IMG/VR virus record: IMGVR_UViG_3300020042_001007
Location: 1 to 30,515 of that record
Length of the DNA: 30,515 nt
Source: a virus
Taxonomy: Duplodnaviria; Caudoviricetes
Reading direction: 5' to 3' (one strand)
The notes beneath the pieces are model-generated. The model did no database searches. It was not told where the DNA came from and saw only the letters and a list, made by a program, of their open reading frames with translations. Positions 7,081 to 14,301 of the stretch are shown piece after piece; position 1 is the stretch's first letter; the number at the start of each line of letters is the position of its first letter. The position numbers were made by a program, and so were the translations under genes.

Positions 7081-7118
7081 AACAAATGGGGGCTTAGTCC
7101 CCCAACGAAAGATAAAAC

Positions 7119-7211
7119 ATGAAACACAAAATCATTACAACTTTAATTGAATGTGCATTAGCCATCATCATCTTTGGCGGCATTGGTGTACTACTGGCTT
7201 GGCGGGGGTAA
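7119..7211 (+). CDS. Small single-TM membrane protein, 30 aa (not in ORF track)
   Basis: MKHKIITTLIECALAIIIFGGIGVLLAWRG*; preceded by GAAAG and a GGGGG/CCCCC hairpin. Confidence 0.6.
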   Translation: MKHKIITTLIECALAIIIFGGIGVLLAWRG

Positions 7212-7213
7212 AC

Positions 7214-7405
7214 ATGAACTTAACTTATCGTTTAAAAGAATTGTGGCGTTTGCCATCAGCAAAAGAAATGGCGGTTAAAGAACTTGAAGAAGCAAAACGC
7301 CGTTTCCTAGATGCCCAATCAGCAATGGAATACACCCGCCGTATGTCGGATTACCATGCCGACCGAATTAAACGATTAACCATCTACATAGAAAGCGCAG
7401 AATGA
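7214..7405 (+). CDS. Hypothetical helical protein
   Basis: MNLTYRLKELWRLPSAKEMAVKELEEAKRRFL...; ATGA overlap with the ERF gene. Confidence 0.65.
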   Translation: MNLTYRLKELWRLPSAKEMAVKELEEAKRRFLDAQSAMEYTRRMSDYHADRIKRLTIYIESAE

Positions 7406-7947
7406 AAAACTTAGCAACCGCATTGGTAAAGGCACAAAAGGCGTTTGGCCCTGCTTTAAAGACATCTACAAACCCGCATTTTAAATCCCGCTACGCTGAC
7501 CTTGCCGCTTGCGTTGAAGCAGTTATAGACGCGCTAAACGATAACGGCATTGCGCTTATTCAAAAGAATTACGATTGCACTAACGGCGTAATGATTGAAA
7601 CTATGTTTGTGCATGAATCGGGCGAAATGCTTGAATGTGGAATTCTTCATGTACCCGCCAACAAACAAGATGCCCAAGGCTACGGTAGCGCATTAACTTA
7701 TGCCCGCCGTTATAGCCTTATGGCGGCTTGCGGCATAGCCCCTGAAGATGATGATGGCAATACCGCGATGCGTAAACCTACGATTGATGAAACCGCGCTT
7801 ATAGACCACTTAGCCGCTATTGAGGCATCAACCGACCAAGATGGTTTAAAGAACGCCTACAAAGCCGCCTATGCCGCTTGCAATGGCAATCCTGATTGGC
7901 AAAAGAAAGTGATTGCCGCCAAAGATAAAGTAAAGGCAAAACTATGA
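7402..7947 (+). CDS. erf: ERF-family ssDNA annealing protein
   Basis: ALVKAQ...K.STNPHFKSRYADL and DAQGYGSALTYARRYSLMAACGIAPEDDDGN signature. Confidence 0.93.
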   Translation: MKNLATALVKAQKAFGPALKTSTNPHFKSRYADLAACVEAVIDALNDNGIALIQKNYDCTNGVMIETMFVHESGEMLECGILHVPANKQDAQGYGSALTYARRYSLMAACGIAPEDDDGNTAMRKPTIDETALIDHLAAIEASTDQDGLKNAYKAAYAACNGNPDWQKKVIAAKDKVKAKL

Positions 7948-8576
7948 TTGAAAAAGTTGAACAAGGTACGCCCGAATGGTTTGCCGCCCGCTTGGGTAAT
8001 GTCACGGCATCCCGCGTTGCTGATGTAATCGCCAAAACAAAAAGCGGCTATTCGGCATCACGCGAAAACTACATGGCGCAATTAATTTGTGAACGAATGA
8101 CGGGTACGGTTGCAGAATCGTACACAAATGCGGCAATGGCTTGGGGTACAGAAACCGAACCGCTTGCCCGCGCCGCTTATGAGTCACTAGCCGATGTTTT
8201 AGTTGATGAAGTAGGGTACATTGCCCACCCAACAATTGAACGCGCAGGGGCATCGCCTGATGGCTTGATAGGGCTATTTGGCTTGCTAGAAATTAAATGC
8301 CCTAATACGGCAACGCACATTGATACATTGATTAGCGAACAAGTACCGACAAAGTACATAACCCAAATGCAATGGCAAATGTCATGCACGGGTCGCACAT
8401 GGGCAGATTTCGTATCGTTTGACCCACGCCTACCAAGCGGGTTACAAATGTTTGTTAAGCGCGTTGAATTTGATGCGGAATATGTGGCAATGCTTAAAGA
8501 AGAAGTAATTAAGTTTTTAGCCGAACTTGATGCCAAAATTAGTAAACTGAATGAAAGATTAAACCATGTCAACTAA
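7944..8576 (+). CDS. YqaJ/lambda-exonuclease family exonuclease
   Basis: QGTPEWFAARLG.VTAS, AMAWG...EP.AR, GASPDGL, LEIKCP and Y..QMQWQM motifs. Confidence 0.93.
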   Translation: MIEKVEQGTPEWFAARLGNVTASRVADVIAKTKSGYSASRENYMAQLICERMTGTVAESYTNAAMAWGTETEPLARAAYESLADVLVDEVGYIAHPTIERAGASPDGLIGLFGLLEIKCPNTATHIDTLISEQVPTKYITQMQWQMSCTGRTWADFVSFDPRLPSGLQMFVKRVEFDAEYVAMLKEEVIKFLAELDAKISKLNERLNHVN

Positions 8577-8799
8577 ATTAGATTTAATCGCCGTAGTGGG
8601 CGAATACACCGATGCCCAAGGCAACAACAAAAAACGCTTTGCCAAAGTGGGAACGCTATGGGATAAAGGGCAAGGCATTAGCCTAAAGATTGATAATGTG
8701 CCGCTTAATTGGGATGGTTGGCTTAGTGCTAAACCGCCACTAGAACCCAAAACAACTAAGCAATCTGCGCCTGTATTTGATGACGATGCGCCCTTTTAA
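8566..8799 (+). CDS. Small SSB-like protein
   Basis: Beta-rich 77 aa with an acidic DDDAPF tail, following recombinase and exonuclease genes. Confidence 0.65.
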   Translation: MSTKLDLIAVVGEYTDAQGNNKKRFAKVGTLWDKGQGISLKIDNVPLNWDGWLSAKPPLEPKTTKQSAPVFDDDAPF

Positions 8800-8806
8800 A
8801 TAATAC

Positions 8807-8876
8807 GGGGGGAAAGTTACATTTGCGGCAACCAAAAAAGGTTATGCGACGAAGCGTAAATGTGGTTAGTACCCCC
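8807..8876 (+). ncRNA. Candidate structured RNA with a loop-E (AGUA/GAA) motif
   Basis: GGGGG/CCCCC closing stem; GAA opposite AGTA; AGTTACATTTGCG/CGTAAATGTGGTT stem with G-U pairs; inner AACC/GGTT hairpin. Confidence 0.55.
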
Positions 8877-8896
8877 ACCTTATAGGACATTACAAA

Positions 8897-9391
8897 ATGA
8901 ACGATTTATTTGAAGAAGAATATTTAGCCAAGATTAGTGCAGATTATTTAAAAGTTTTGCAAAACGATGGCGGCAATTGCCCATGTTGCAAACGCTTCGG
9001 AAAGTACAACGGGTTTACCATCACGCATAAAAACGCGCAAGCATTGATTTGGATTTACAAAAGTGCGGGCGTTGATGGTTGGGTAAACACCGCTAAAAAT
9101 GCACCACGCGAATTTATGCGGGCTAAAACTTTTACCAATATGCGTTATTGGGGATTGATTGAAGCGCACCCAAACGATAGAAAAGACGTAAAAGGTTCGG
9201 GTTATTGGCGCATCACGCAAAAAGGCATCAATTACATTAACGGGCAAATGCGCTTGCCTAAAAAAATATTTGTTTACAACCGTAAATTAGTTGGTTATGG
9301 CGAACAACAACTTTATTTTAAAGAATGTTTTAAAGAATACTTTAATTTTGAAGAAGCAATGAATACACGGTTTTATTTAGAATCAACTTAA
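8897..9391 (+). CDS. Hypothetical protein, CPCC motif plus possible winged helix
   Basis: AGGA SD; GGNCPCC, MRYWGLIE and GYWRITQKG; converges on the lysozyme gene with a 9-nt overlap. Confidence 0.7.
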   Translation: MNDLFEEEYLAKISADYLKVLQNDGGNCPCCKRFGKYNGFTITHKNAQALIWIYKSAGVDGWVNTAKNAPREFMRAKTFTNMRYWGLIEAHPNDRKDVKGSGYWRITQKGINYINGQMRLPKKIFVYNRKLVGYGEQQLYFKECFKEYFNFEEAMNTRFYLEST

Positions 9392-9886
9392 AAACAATGC
9401 GCGTTCGGCTTTTCTGCGCTTAACTAATCCCGCTACTTCTTTGCCGCCCGCTTTTGTCCATGACATAAACGCATCAGCGGCGGCATCCCATTCACCGCGG
9501 TTTACTTTCATGCGAATGGTAGAACGCTGATAGTTTCCAAGCCCTGCGTTGTATGCAAAAGAAACAATAGAGTCGAATTTGCTTTGATGACCAACCAAAT
9601 TAGGGCTAAGTCTAAGAACACCACGTTCAAAAATATCAATGTCCATTTTGAACAAATCGACCAATTCCAATTTTTCCCACGCACGGTTATCCCCTTCTTT
9701 TAATTGATAGTCGCCACGGATTAAACCCGTGTAACCTTCTTTACGAATGTTTGGCAAGGCTAGTTGGTCGCTATACATTGCGTGACCGTAGCCTACTGTC
9801 CAAATCGCGGCACTACACCGATACGGGCGCGTTCTGTAGCCCTCAAAGAAGTGCATTAAATGTTCGCCTTCTTTGCTAATTTTCAT
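9383..9886 (-). CDS. Endolysin, GH24 lysozyme
   Basis: Start 9886 (ATGA overlap); FEG....PYRC.A.IWTVGYGH (E-x8-C-x5-T triad), FD.IVSFAYN.G, W.KAGG....GLVKRR.AE. Confidence 0.93.
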   Translation of the reverse strand: MKISKEGEHLMHFFEGYRTRPYRCSAAIWTVGYGHAMYSDQLALPNIRKEGYTGLIRGDYQLKEGDNRAWEKLELVDLFKMDIDIFERGVLRLSPNLVGHQSKFDSIVSFAYNAGLGNYQRSTIRMKVNRGEWDAAADAFMSWTKAGGKEVAGLVKRRKAERALFLS

Positions 9887-10386
9887 TTCTTGTTCCACCC
9901 GCGTGAACCAAACCAAAAACCAATGATGCCGCCAAGCATAGCCATTTCATCCGAACTAAAAATAATGTCGGACAAACGAATTAAATCATCCATGTTTTGC
10001 ACAAGGCTAGGGCGCGTATAAATGTAGTACGCAATCCAAGCATTGATAGCGCAAAGTTCAAAAACAAAAATGTAGGTAATAGTTGGGCGAACCGTGCCAA
10101 CATAATTAGCAACCCAAGTAGAAGCGCGTTCTAAAACCTTTTCATCATGCTTTAGTGCCGCTTCCGTCATTTGTGCTTCAGTTTCCATTGCGATTTGGTC
10201 GGTGCGGATTTCTTCAATACGCGCTTGGGCGGCAAACCCCGCGGCGGCTAACTGTAGTTCGCGTTCTGTTTGCATCCTAGCCAAAGCAAGTTCATGCGCT
10301 TGGTCGGCTTTGTTTTGAAAGTAATCAAGTAGTTTTGGCAAACCCGAAATCAGTAAACCGCCAAGTGTAGAAAATAGTGAAAGCAT
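9883..10386 (-). CDS. Holin-like membrane protein (3TM/GTA-holin-like)
   Basis: N-terminal hydrophobic helix, VRPTITY TM segment, IIGFWFGSRG C-terminus; adjacent to lysozyme. Confidence 0.7.
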   Translation of the reverse strand: MLSLFSTLGGLLISGLPKLLDYFQNKADQAHELALARMQTERELQLAAAGFAAQARIEEIRTDQIAMETEAQMTEAALKHDEKVLERASTWVANYVGTVRPTITYIFVFELCAINAWIAYYIYTRPSLVQNMDDLIRLSDIIFSSDEMAMLGGIIGFWFGSRGWNKK

Positions 10387-10535
10387 TACAGTCCAATCAT
10401 TCCAAGAAGTTTAGAAACAATCTTATCTGCTAAAGAATCAGGAATGAACTTCAGCAGACCAAGCACCCATATCACAATACATAACCTAACAAAGATTTTA
10501 AGAAATTGGTCAAATTGTTTTTGATACTCATTCAC
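10386..10535 (-). CDS. Small membrane protein, 49 aa
   Basis: GTG 10535 (GTGA overlap): NEYQKQFDQFLKIFVRLCIVIWVLGLLKFIPD...; stop overlaps the holin ATG. Confidence 0.6.
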   Translation of the reverse strand: MNEYQKQFDQFLKIFVRLCIVIWVLGLLKFIPDSLADKIVSKLLGMIGL

Positions 10536-11026
10536 CGCCCGCACCTTGTCGTAGCGCATAGTTCGGCAATTTGCGTAAGCCCCCAACCTACCGCGCCAAT
10601 GAACATAACAAGAACGACAATCGCAACCGCCCATTGCATTTGTTCGGCTTCTAAATCCTTTTGGCGTTGTTCTTCTTCTTTGGCTTTACGGGCGGCTATG
10701 GCATCATCCCTATCCATTTCAGCGGCGCGGGCTTTAATCTTATTCCAAACGTCTATATTGCCTGTCTGCATATAAAGCAATTGCAATTGGGATTCCAACT
10801 TAGCCGTTTCCATCAGCAAATTTTCTATTTGCATTGCAACGCTAAAGTTGGATTTGTTGCCCGACCTTTTAGCTTCAACCATTGCCTTGGTCGCTTGGCT
10901 ACGCGCATCAAATAGTTTGCCAACAACGCCCGCTAAACCGCCTAAATCGTTTGCAATCTTGGCGGCTTTACGAACTACTGCTATTGCGCTTTGTAGCCCT
11001 TCTAATGCGGTTATGGGGTCTATCAT
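10532..11026 (-). CDS. Coiled-coil protein with C-terminal TM helix
   Basis: Start MIDPITAL at 11026 (ATGA overlap); C-terminal WAVAIVVLVMFIGAVGWGL. Confidence 0.7.
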   Translation of the reverse strand: MIDPITALEGLQSAIAVVRKAAKIANDLGGLAGVVGKLFDARSQATKAMVEAKRSGNKSNFSVAMQIENLLMETAKLESQLQLLYMQTGNIDVWNKIKARAAEMDRDDAIAARKAKEEEQRQKDLEAEQMQWAVAIVVLVMFIGAVGWGLTQIAELCATTRCGR

Positions 11027-11169
11027 TTGCGTACAACTTTCACCCACTCAAGGCAAACAACTTTGCGGTTATAAACATCACCCGACCATGCCCATCGGAT
11101 ACAACGATATTCTGTCTTGTCAGATGCCGCTTGTGATGCTGATAGAAAAACCACAAGCAACCAACGCAT
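11023..11169 (-). CDS. Small secreted-type protein, 48 aa (not in ORF track)
   Basis: MRWLLVVFLSASQAASDKTEYRCIRWAWSGDVYNRKVVCLEWVKVVRK*; signal-peptide-like start, two Cys, abuts or overlaps both neighbours. Confidence 0.6.
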   Translation of the reverse strand: MRWLLVVFLSASQAASDKTEYRCIRWAWSGDVYNRKVVCLEWVKVVRK

Positions 11170-11265
11170 TTATCCCCACCCTGCCCAAGCAATGATGTAT
11201 GTGCAAAAAATGACAAATGCCACAATGCAAACCGCCGCAACAAATGCAACGGCGTAATCTTTCAT
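11170..11265 (-). CDS. Small single-TM peptide, 31 aa (not in ORF track)
   Basis: MKDYAVAFVAAVCIVAFVIFCTYIIAWAGWG*; ATGA overlap upstream, abuts next ATG. Confidence 0.55.
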   Translation of the reverse strand: MKDYAVAFVAAVCIVAFVIFCTYIIAWAGWG

Positions 11266-11432
11266 TTCAAATGTACAAGAGATGAATAAATCACGCCCGC
11301 CATGCCAATAAGCATAGCCCCGCAAGCCTTTATCAATACGCCTTCTAGCCGTTTAAGCCGCGCACAAAGCATTTCATAACGCAATGTGCAAACGGCTTCA
11401 TGGCTATCTAACCTTGCTTCAGTTTCGTTCAT
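11262..11432 (-). CDS. Small coiled-coil plus TM protein, 56 aa (not in ORF track)
   Basis: MNETEARLDSHEAVCTLRYEMLCARLKRLEGVLIKACGAMLIGMAGVIYSSLVHLK*. Confidence 0.7.
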   Translation of the reverse strand: MNETEARLDSHEAVCTLRYEMLCARLKRLEGVLIKACGAMLIGMAGVIYSSLVHLK

Positions 11433-11804
11433 TTAGATTGCCCCTTGTTCCCAACCACCCGCAAAAGTGTATTGAGGGTTAGCGGGTTCAATGACAAATG
11501 CAACCAAGTTATCAGGCAAAACCGTACCATTGTTAAACCGAATGTTTACCGCATAGCCATCGTAGGGAATAGGCGTAGGCGGCGGTTCATCGGGCGGTGT
11601 AGGCGGTTGCGGTTGGTAAACAGTACCAATTTGCACAAAGTCAATATCGGGGTACGCAATCCATTTGCGCTTAACAATTGGTTCAGGTTGCGGTTCGTCA
11701 ATAGGTGTAGGCGGTTGCGGTTCGTATTCGTATTGAACCCAACCATTTGCATCGGCAAGTTCCCACCATTGCGCTTCATCGGTAAATGTGAATCTGTAAT
11801 CCAT
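11433..11804 (-). CDS. Pro-rich protein following fibre gene (possible fibre partner)
   Basis: AAGGA SD; PQPPTP repeats; IGTVY...YDGYAVNIR...P.NP...FAG. Confidence 0.7.
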   Translation of the reverse strand: MDYRFTFTDEAQWWELADANGWVQYEYEPQPPTPIDEPQPEPIVKRKWIAYPDIDFVQIGTVYQPQPPTPPDEPPPTPIPYDGYAVNIRFNNGTVLPDNLVAFVIEPANPQYTFAGGWEQGAI

Positions 11805-11813
11805 AATAATTCC

Positions 11814-13586
11814 TTAACTTGTTAATGCTTGCAAGTTTGCTGAAGTAACTTGAATTGGGTAATAAGCAATTTTTGCAATTGGTCTTGAAAGTTGAGCGCC
11901 AGTTATAGGGTCATAGCCAATAGCAAATGTTGAATTAGCAACAGAACTAACCACTGCGCTAGTGCTTGTGGTTACAGTACCGCCATTAACAACACCTGAA
12001 ATATTTCCTGTTAAATAACTAACCGAAGTTAAATATTTAGTTGTTCCAATTGTTCCTGAAGAAAAATTTGCAGATGTAATTCCGTTTTGATATGAAAAAA
12101 TACCTTGTGAAGTTCCACTTACATAAAAATCAATCAATCGATTAGCATCAGTATCAGAAACTTTGCAAATTCTTGCGCCATTAGATAAAACACCTGCACT
12201 TACAGTTGCAACAAAAGTGCCTTGTGCATTGTTAAACCAAGAACTAAAGTTAGTTCCTGTCATTTGCGCTACATCCGCAGTTCTTGTAGCATTTGCTGAA
12301 GTTGTTGCAATGTATGAAGTTGAAAAAGAACCATTTTCGGCTTGTGCGCCCCAAACACATACACCATTAATTGCGTTTGCCGTAACCGCAGAGTCATTGT
12401 CGGCATCACAAATTGCAAATTGATGATAAGAAAAAGAACCTGAATTTACAGTTAAAGAACATCGATACCAACCATTTCCAACTGATGTAATTGAAGCCGT
12501 ATATCCGCTTCCAATAGTTCCTAAAGTTCCTGCGCCAATATTAAACCAAGCAACAAAATTAGACCCTGACGCATTGACAAATGTTATAAAGTTTTTTCCT
12601 GCCGCTTTTGCATAAATAGAAATAGTATTTGAAGTCGTAGTGAAATATGCACCTGTATTGCTATTAGTCAAAGTAGCAGTAACTTTTTGTGCCGTTAAAG
12701 TTCCATCAGGCGCAATTATTTCTGTTGTAAATGTAGGGCTTCCTACCTTATTCCAAGTAGAAAATGATTGGCTTTGAGTAACAGTATTTGTTCTTGCTTC
12801 CTCAATCAACAAACCCAACGATTCACCAGTAGTAGGGTTGCAATCAAACCTTGCTTGATTACCGCCCGCACTTAGTAGAACAGGAATGTAGTTTGTGATG
12901 CGTTGCGTTGTTGTTACTGTGTATGCGGTTGCGCTTGAACGCTGTTCTAGTTGTGCGCCCCAAAGGTAAACAGAACTTGATGTTGTAATGTTGTAACTGT
13001 TATTGGCATCAGATACGCCAATACCTAATGATTGGCTTCTAGTTCCGTTTGCTTTTGTAGTAATTACACATCTATACCAACCACTACCGACACTAACAAT
13101 TGAAGCCGTATGGTTTGCACTTGTTGTTCCTACTGCACCTGTTGATAAATTAAACCATGTCACATCTTCTGTATTGTGTGAAAAATATTCACGAAAATAC
13201 ACAAAATTACTAGTGTTTGCTTTTGCATAAATAGATGCTGTAAATGATTGATTATCTACACTATTAACAAATTGATATGTTTGTGTTGGTGTTCCAGTTG
13301 TAACTGAACTTCCTGTTGCCGACAAAGTATCGGCAGTTGATGTGCCATCTGGGGCAGTTGTCGTGTTACCAGTTACTAAACAATTATTTGTAATTAACCA
13401 GTTAGCCGCATTTAATACTTGCGAATCGTAAAGCAAATTTTGCTCTGCCATAGCAGTAGTTTCACCATCGTAATAAACCGCAGGGGTTGAACGGGTAAAA
13501 GTCACGCGACTGTCAAGTTGCCGTGTATTCGCAAAATCCAAAAGCAACGAGGGACGCAAGTTTGGATAATTAGATTGAACACTCAT
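11814..13586 (-). CDS. Virion fibre/spike protein with two carbohydrate-binding-like domains
   Basis: Ser/Thr-rich; duplicated APDGT.TA...SIYAKA...WFN...GWYRC...WGAQ.E domain; GLLIEEARTN motif; AGGAG SD. Confidence 0.75.
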   Translation of the reverse strand: MSVQSNYPNLRPSLLLDFANTRQLDSRVTFTRSTPAVYYDGETTAMAEQNLLYDSQVLNAANWLITNNCLVTGNTTTAPDGTSTADTLSATGSSVTTGTPTQTYQFVNSVDNQSFTASIYAKANTSNFVYFREYFSHNTEDVTWFNLSTGAVGTTSANHTASIVSVGSGWYRCVITTKANGTRSQSLGIGVSDANNSYNITTSSSVYLWGAQLEQRSSATAYTVTTTQRITNYIPVLLSAGGNQARFDCNPTTGESLGLLIEEARTNTVTQSQSFSTWNKVGSPTFTTEIIAPDGTLTAQKVTATLTNSNTGAYFTTTSNTISIYAKAAGKNFITFVNASGSNFVAWFNIGAGTLGTIGSGYTASITSVGNGWYRCSLTVNSGSFSYHQFAICDADNDSAVTANAINGVCVWGAQAENGSFSTSYIATTSANATRTADVAQMTGTNFSSWFNNAQGTFVATVSAGVLSNGARICKVSDTDANRLIDFYVSGTSQGIFSYQNGITSANFSSGTIGTTKYLTSVSYLTGNISGVVNGGTVTTSTSAVVSSVANSTFAIGYDPITGAQLSRPIAKIAYYPIQVTSANLQALTS

Positions 13587-14151
13587 ATTGCGCTCCTATT
13601 TGCAATTCTTCCACCATTATGCCGACCATAGTTCCAACCATTTGGTGTTACATAATGACCAACAATTCTTTTTGTTTGGCATCCATTAGTCACATACCAA
13701 ATATTACCTTTTACATGACGCAACCAACAATCAGAACCAAGAACACGATAAGCGTGTATTCTGTTTTCTGAAATAGATGACCATTCAAGATTGTCTAAAC
13801 GATTGTCACTTTTAATACCATTTTTATGATTAACTTGCGGTTTGTTTTCTTGATTTTCTAAAAAAGCCAAAGCAACTAATCGATGAACTAGATATGCTTT
13901 TTGTAAACCATTTTTTCCTAATTTAACATCAACATATCCATATTTATTGGCATTAAGTCGCATCGGTCGACCTCTGCGCAACATTGTGCTATTTGATTTG
14001 TGAGCAACCATTCTATCAACTGAACGCAAATTACCTAAGTTGCTAATTTCATATTGACCTTCATATCCAACAACAGGCTTCCACAATTCTTCTAAAAGCA
14101 AAGATGGTTTCAGATTGGGAAAATTTGATTGGATGCTCATGCTTGTACTCC
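13537..14151 (-). mobile_element. Free-standing homing-endonuclease insertion bounded by diverged direct repeats
   Basis: Repeats 14151-14091 and 13596-13537 each contain GGAG, ATG and 16 codons; 13/16 aa and 34/48 nt identical over the codons. Confidence 0.7.
13583..14140 (-). CDS. NUMOD4-HNH homing endonuclease fused to a 16-aa copy of the fibre N-terminus
   Basis: ELWKPVVGYEGQYEISNLGNLRS (NUMOD4); VHRLVALAFL...PQVNHKNGIKSDNRLDNLEW....EN..HA (HNH). Confidence 0.92.
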   Translation of the reverse strand: MSIQSNFPNLKPSLLLEELWKPVVGYEGQYEISNLGNLRSVDRMVAHKSNSTMLRRGRPMRLNANKYGYVDVKLGKNGLQKAYLVHRLVALAFLENQENKPQVNHKNGIKSDNRLDNLEWSSISENRIHAYRVLGSDCWLRHVKGNIWYVTNGCQTKRIVGHYVTPNGWNYGRHNGGRIANRSAI

Positions 14152-14301
14152 ATCTGCGGGTTCGGGTGTATTGCCTTCAGCAAGCCATTTTAGATAATCA
14201 GGATTATGTTCATTACAAGTTACACGACACAACCCATCGTCATCTATACGAGCAATTATTTGTATTCCATCATCATTTAATGGCAAAAATTTATAAATCA
14301 T
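14137..14301 (-). CDS. Tail fibre assembly/chaperone-like protein, 54 aa (not in ORF track)
   Basis: MIYKFLPLNDDGIQIIARIDDDGLCRVTCNEHNPDYLKWLAEGNTPEPADGVQA*; ATGA overlaps on both sides. Confidence 0.75.
   Translation of the reverse strand: MIYKFLPLNDDGIQIIARIDDDGLCRVTCNEHNPDYLKWLAEGNTPEPADGVQA

Noticed and set aside
7087-7104. Terminator at the GGGGG/CCCCC hairpin
   Set aside because: No U-tract on the plus strand; treated as a leader-hairpin variant.
8807-8876. tRNA gene or intrinsic terminator
   Set aside because: No T-loop/D-loop consensus or cloverleaf, and no U-tract after the stem.
11040-11249. 69-aa minus-strand ORF from the track
   Set aside because: Two smaller ORFs (11170-11265 and 11023-11169) tile the region with exact start/stop coupling and fit better.
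13583-14140. Group I intron or intein around the HNH gene
   Set aside because: The insert is essentially all ORF with its own stop, leaving no room for a ribozyme core, and intein terminal residues are absent.
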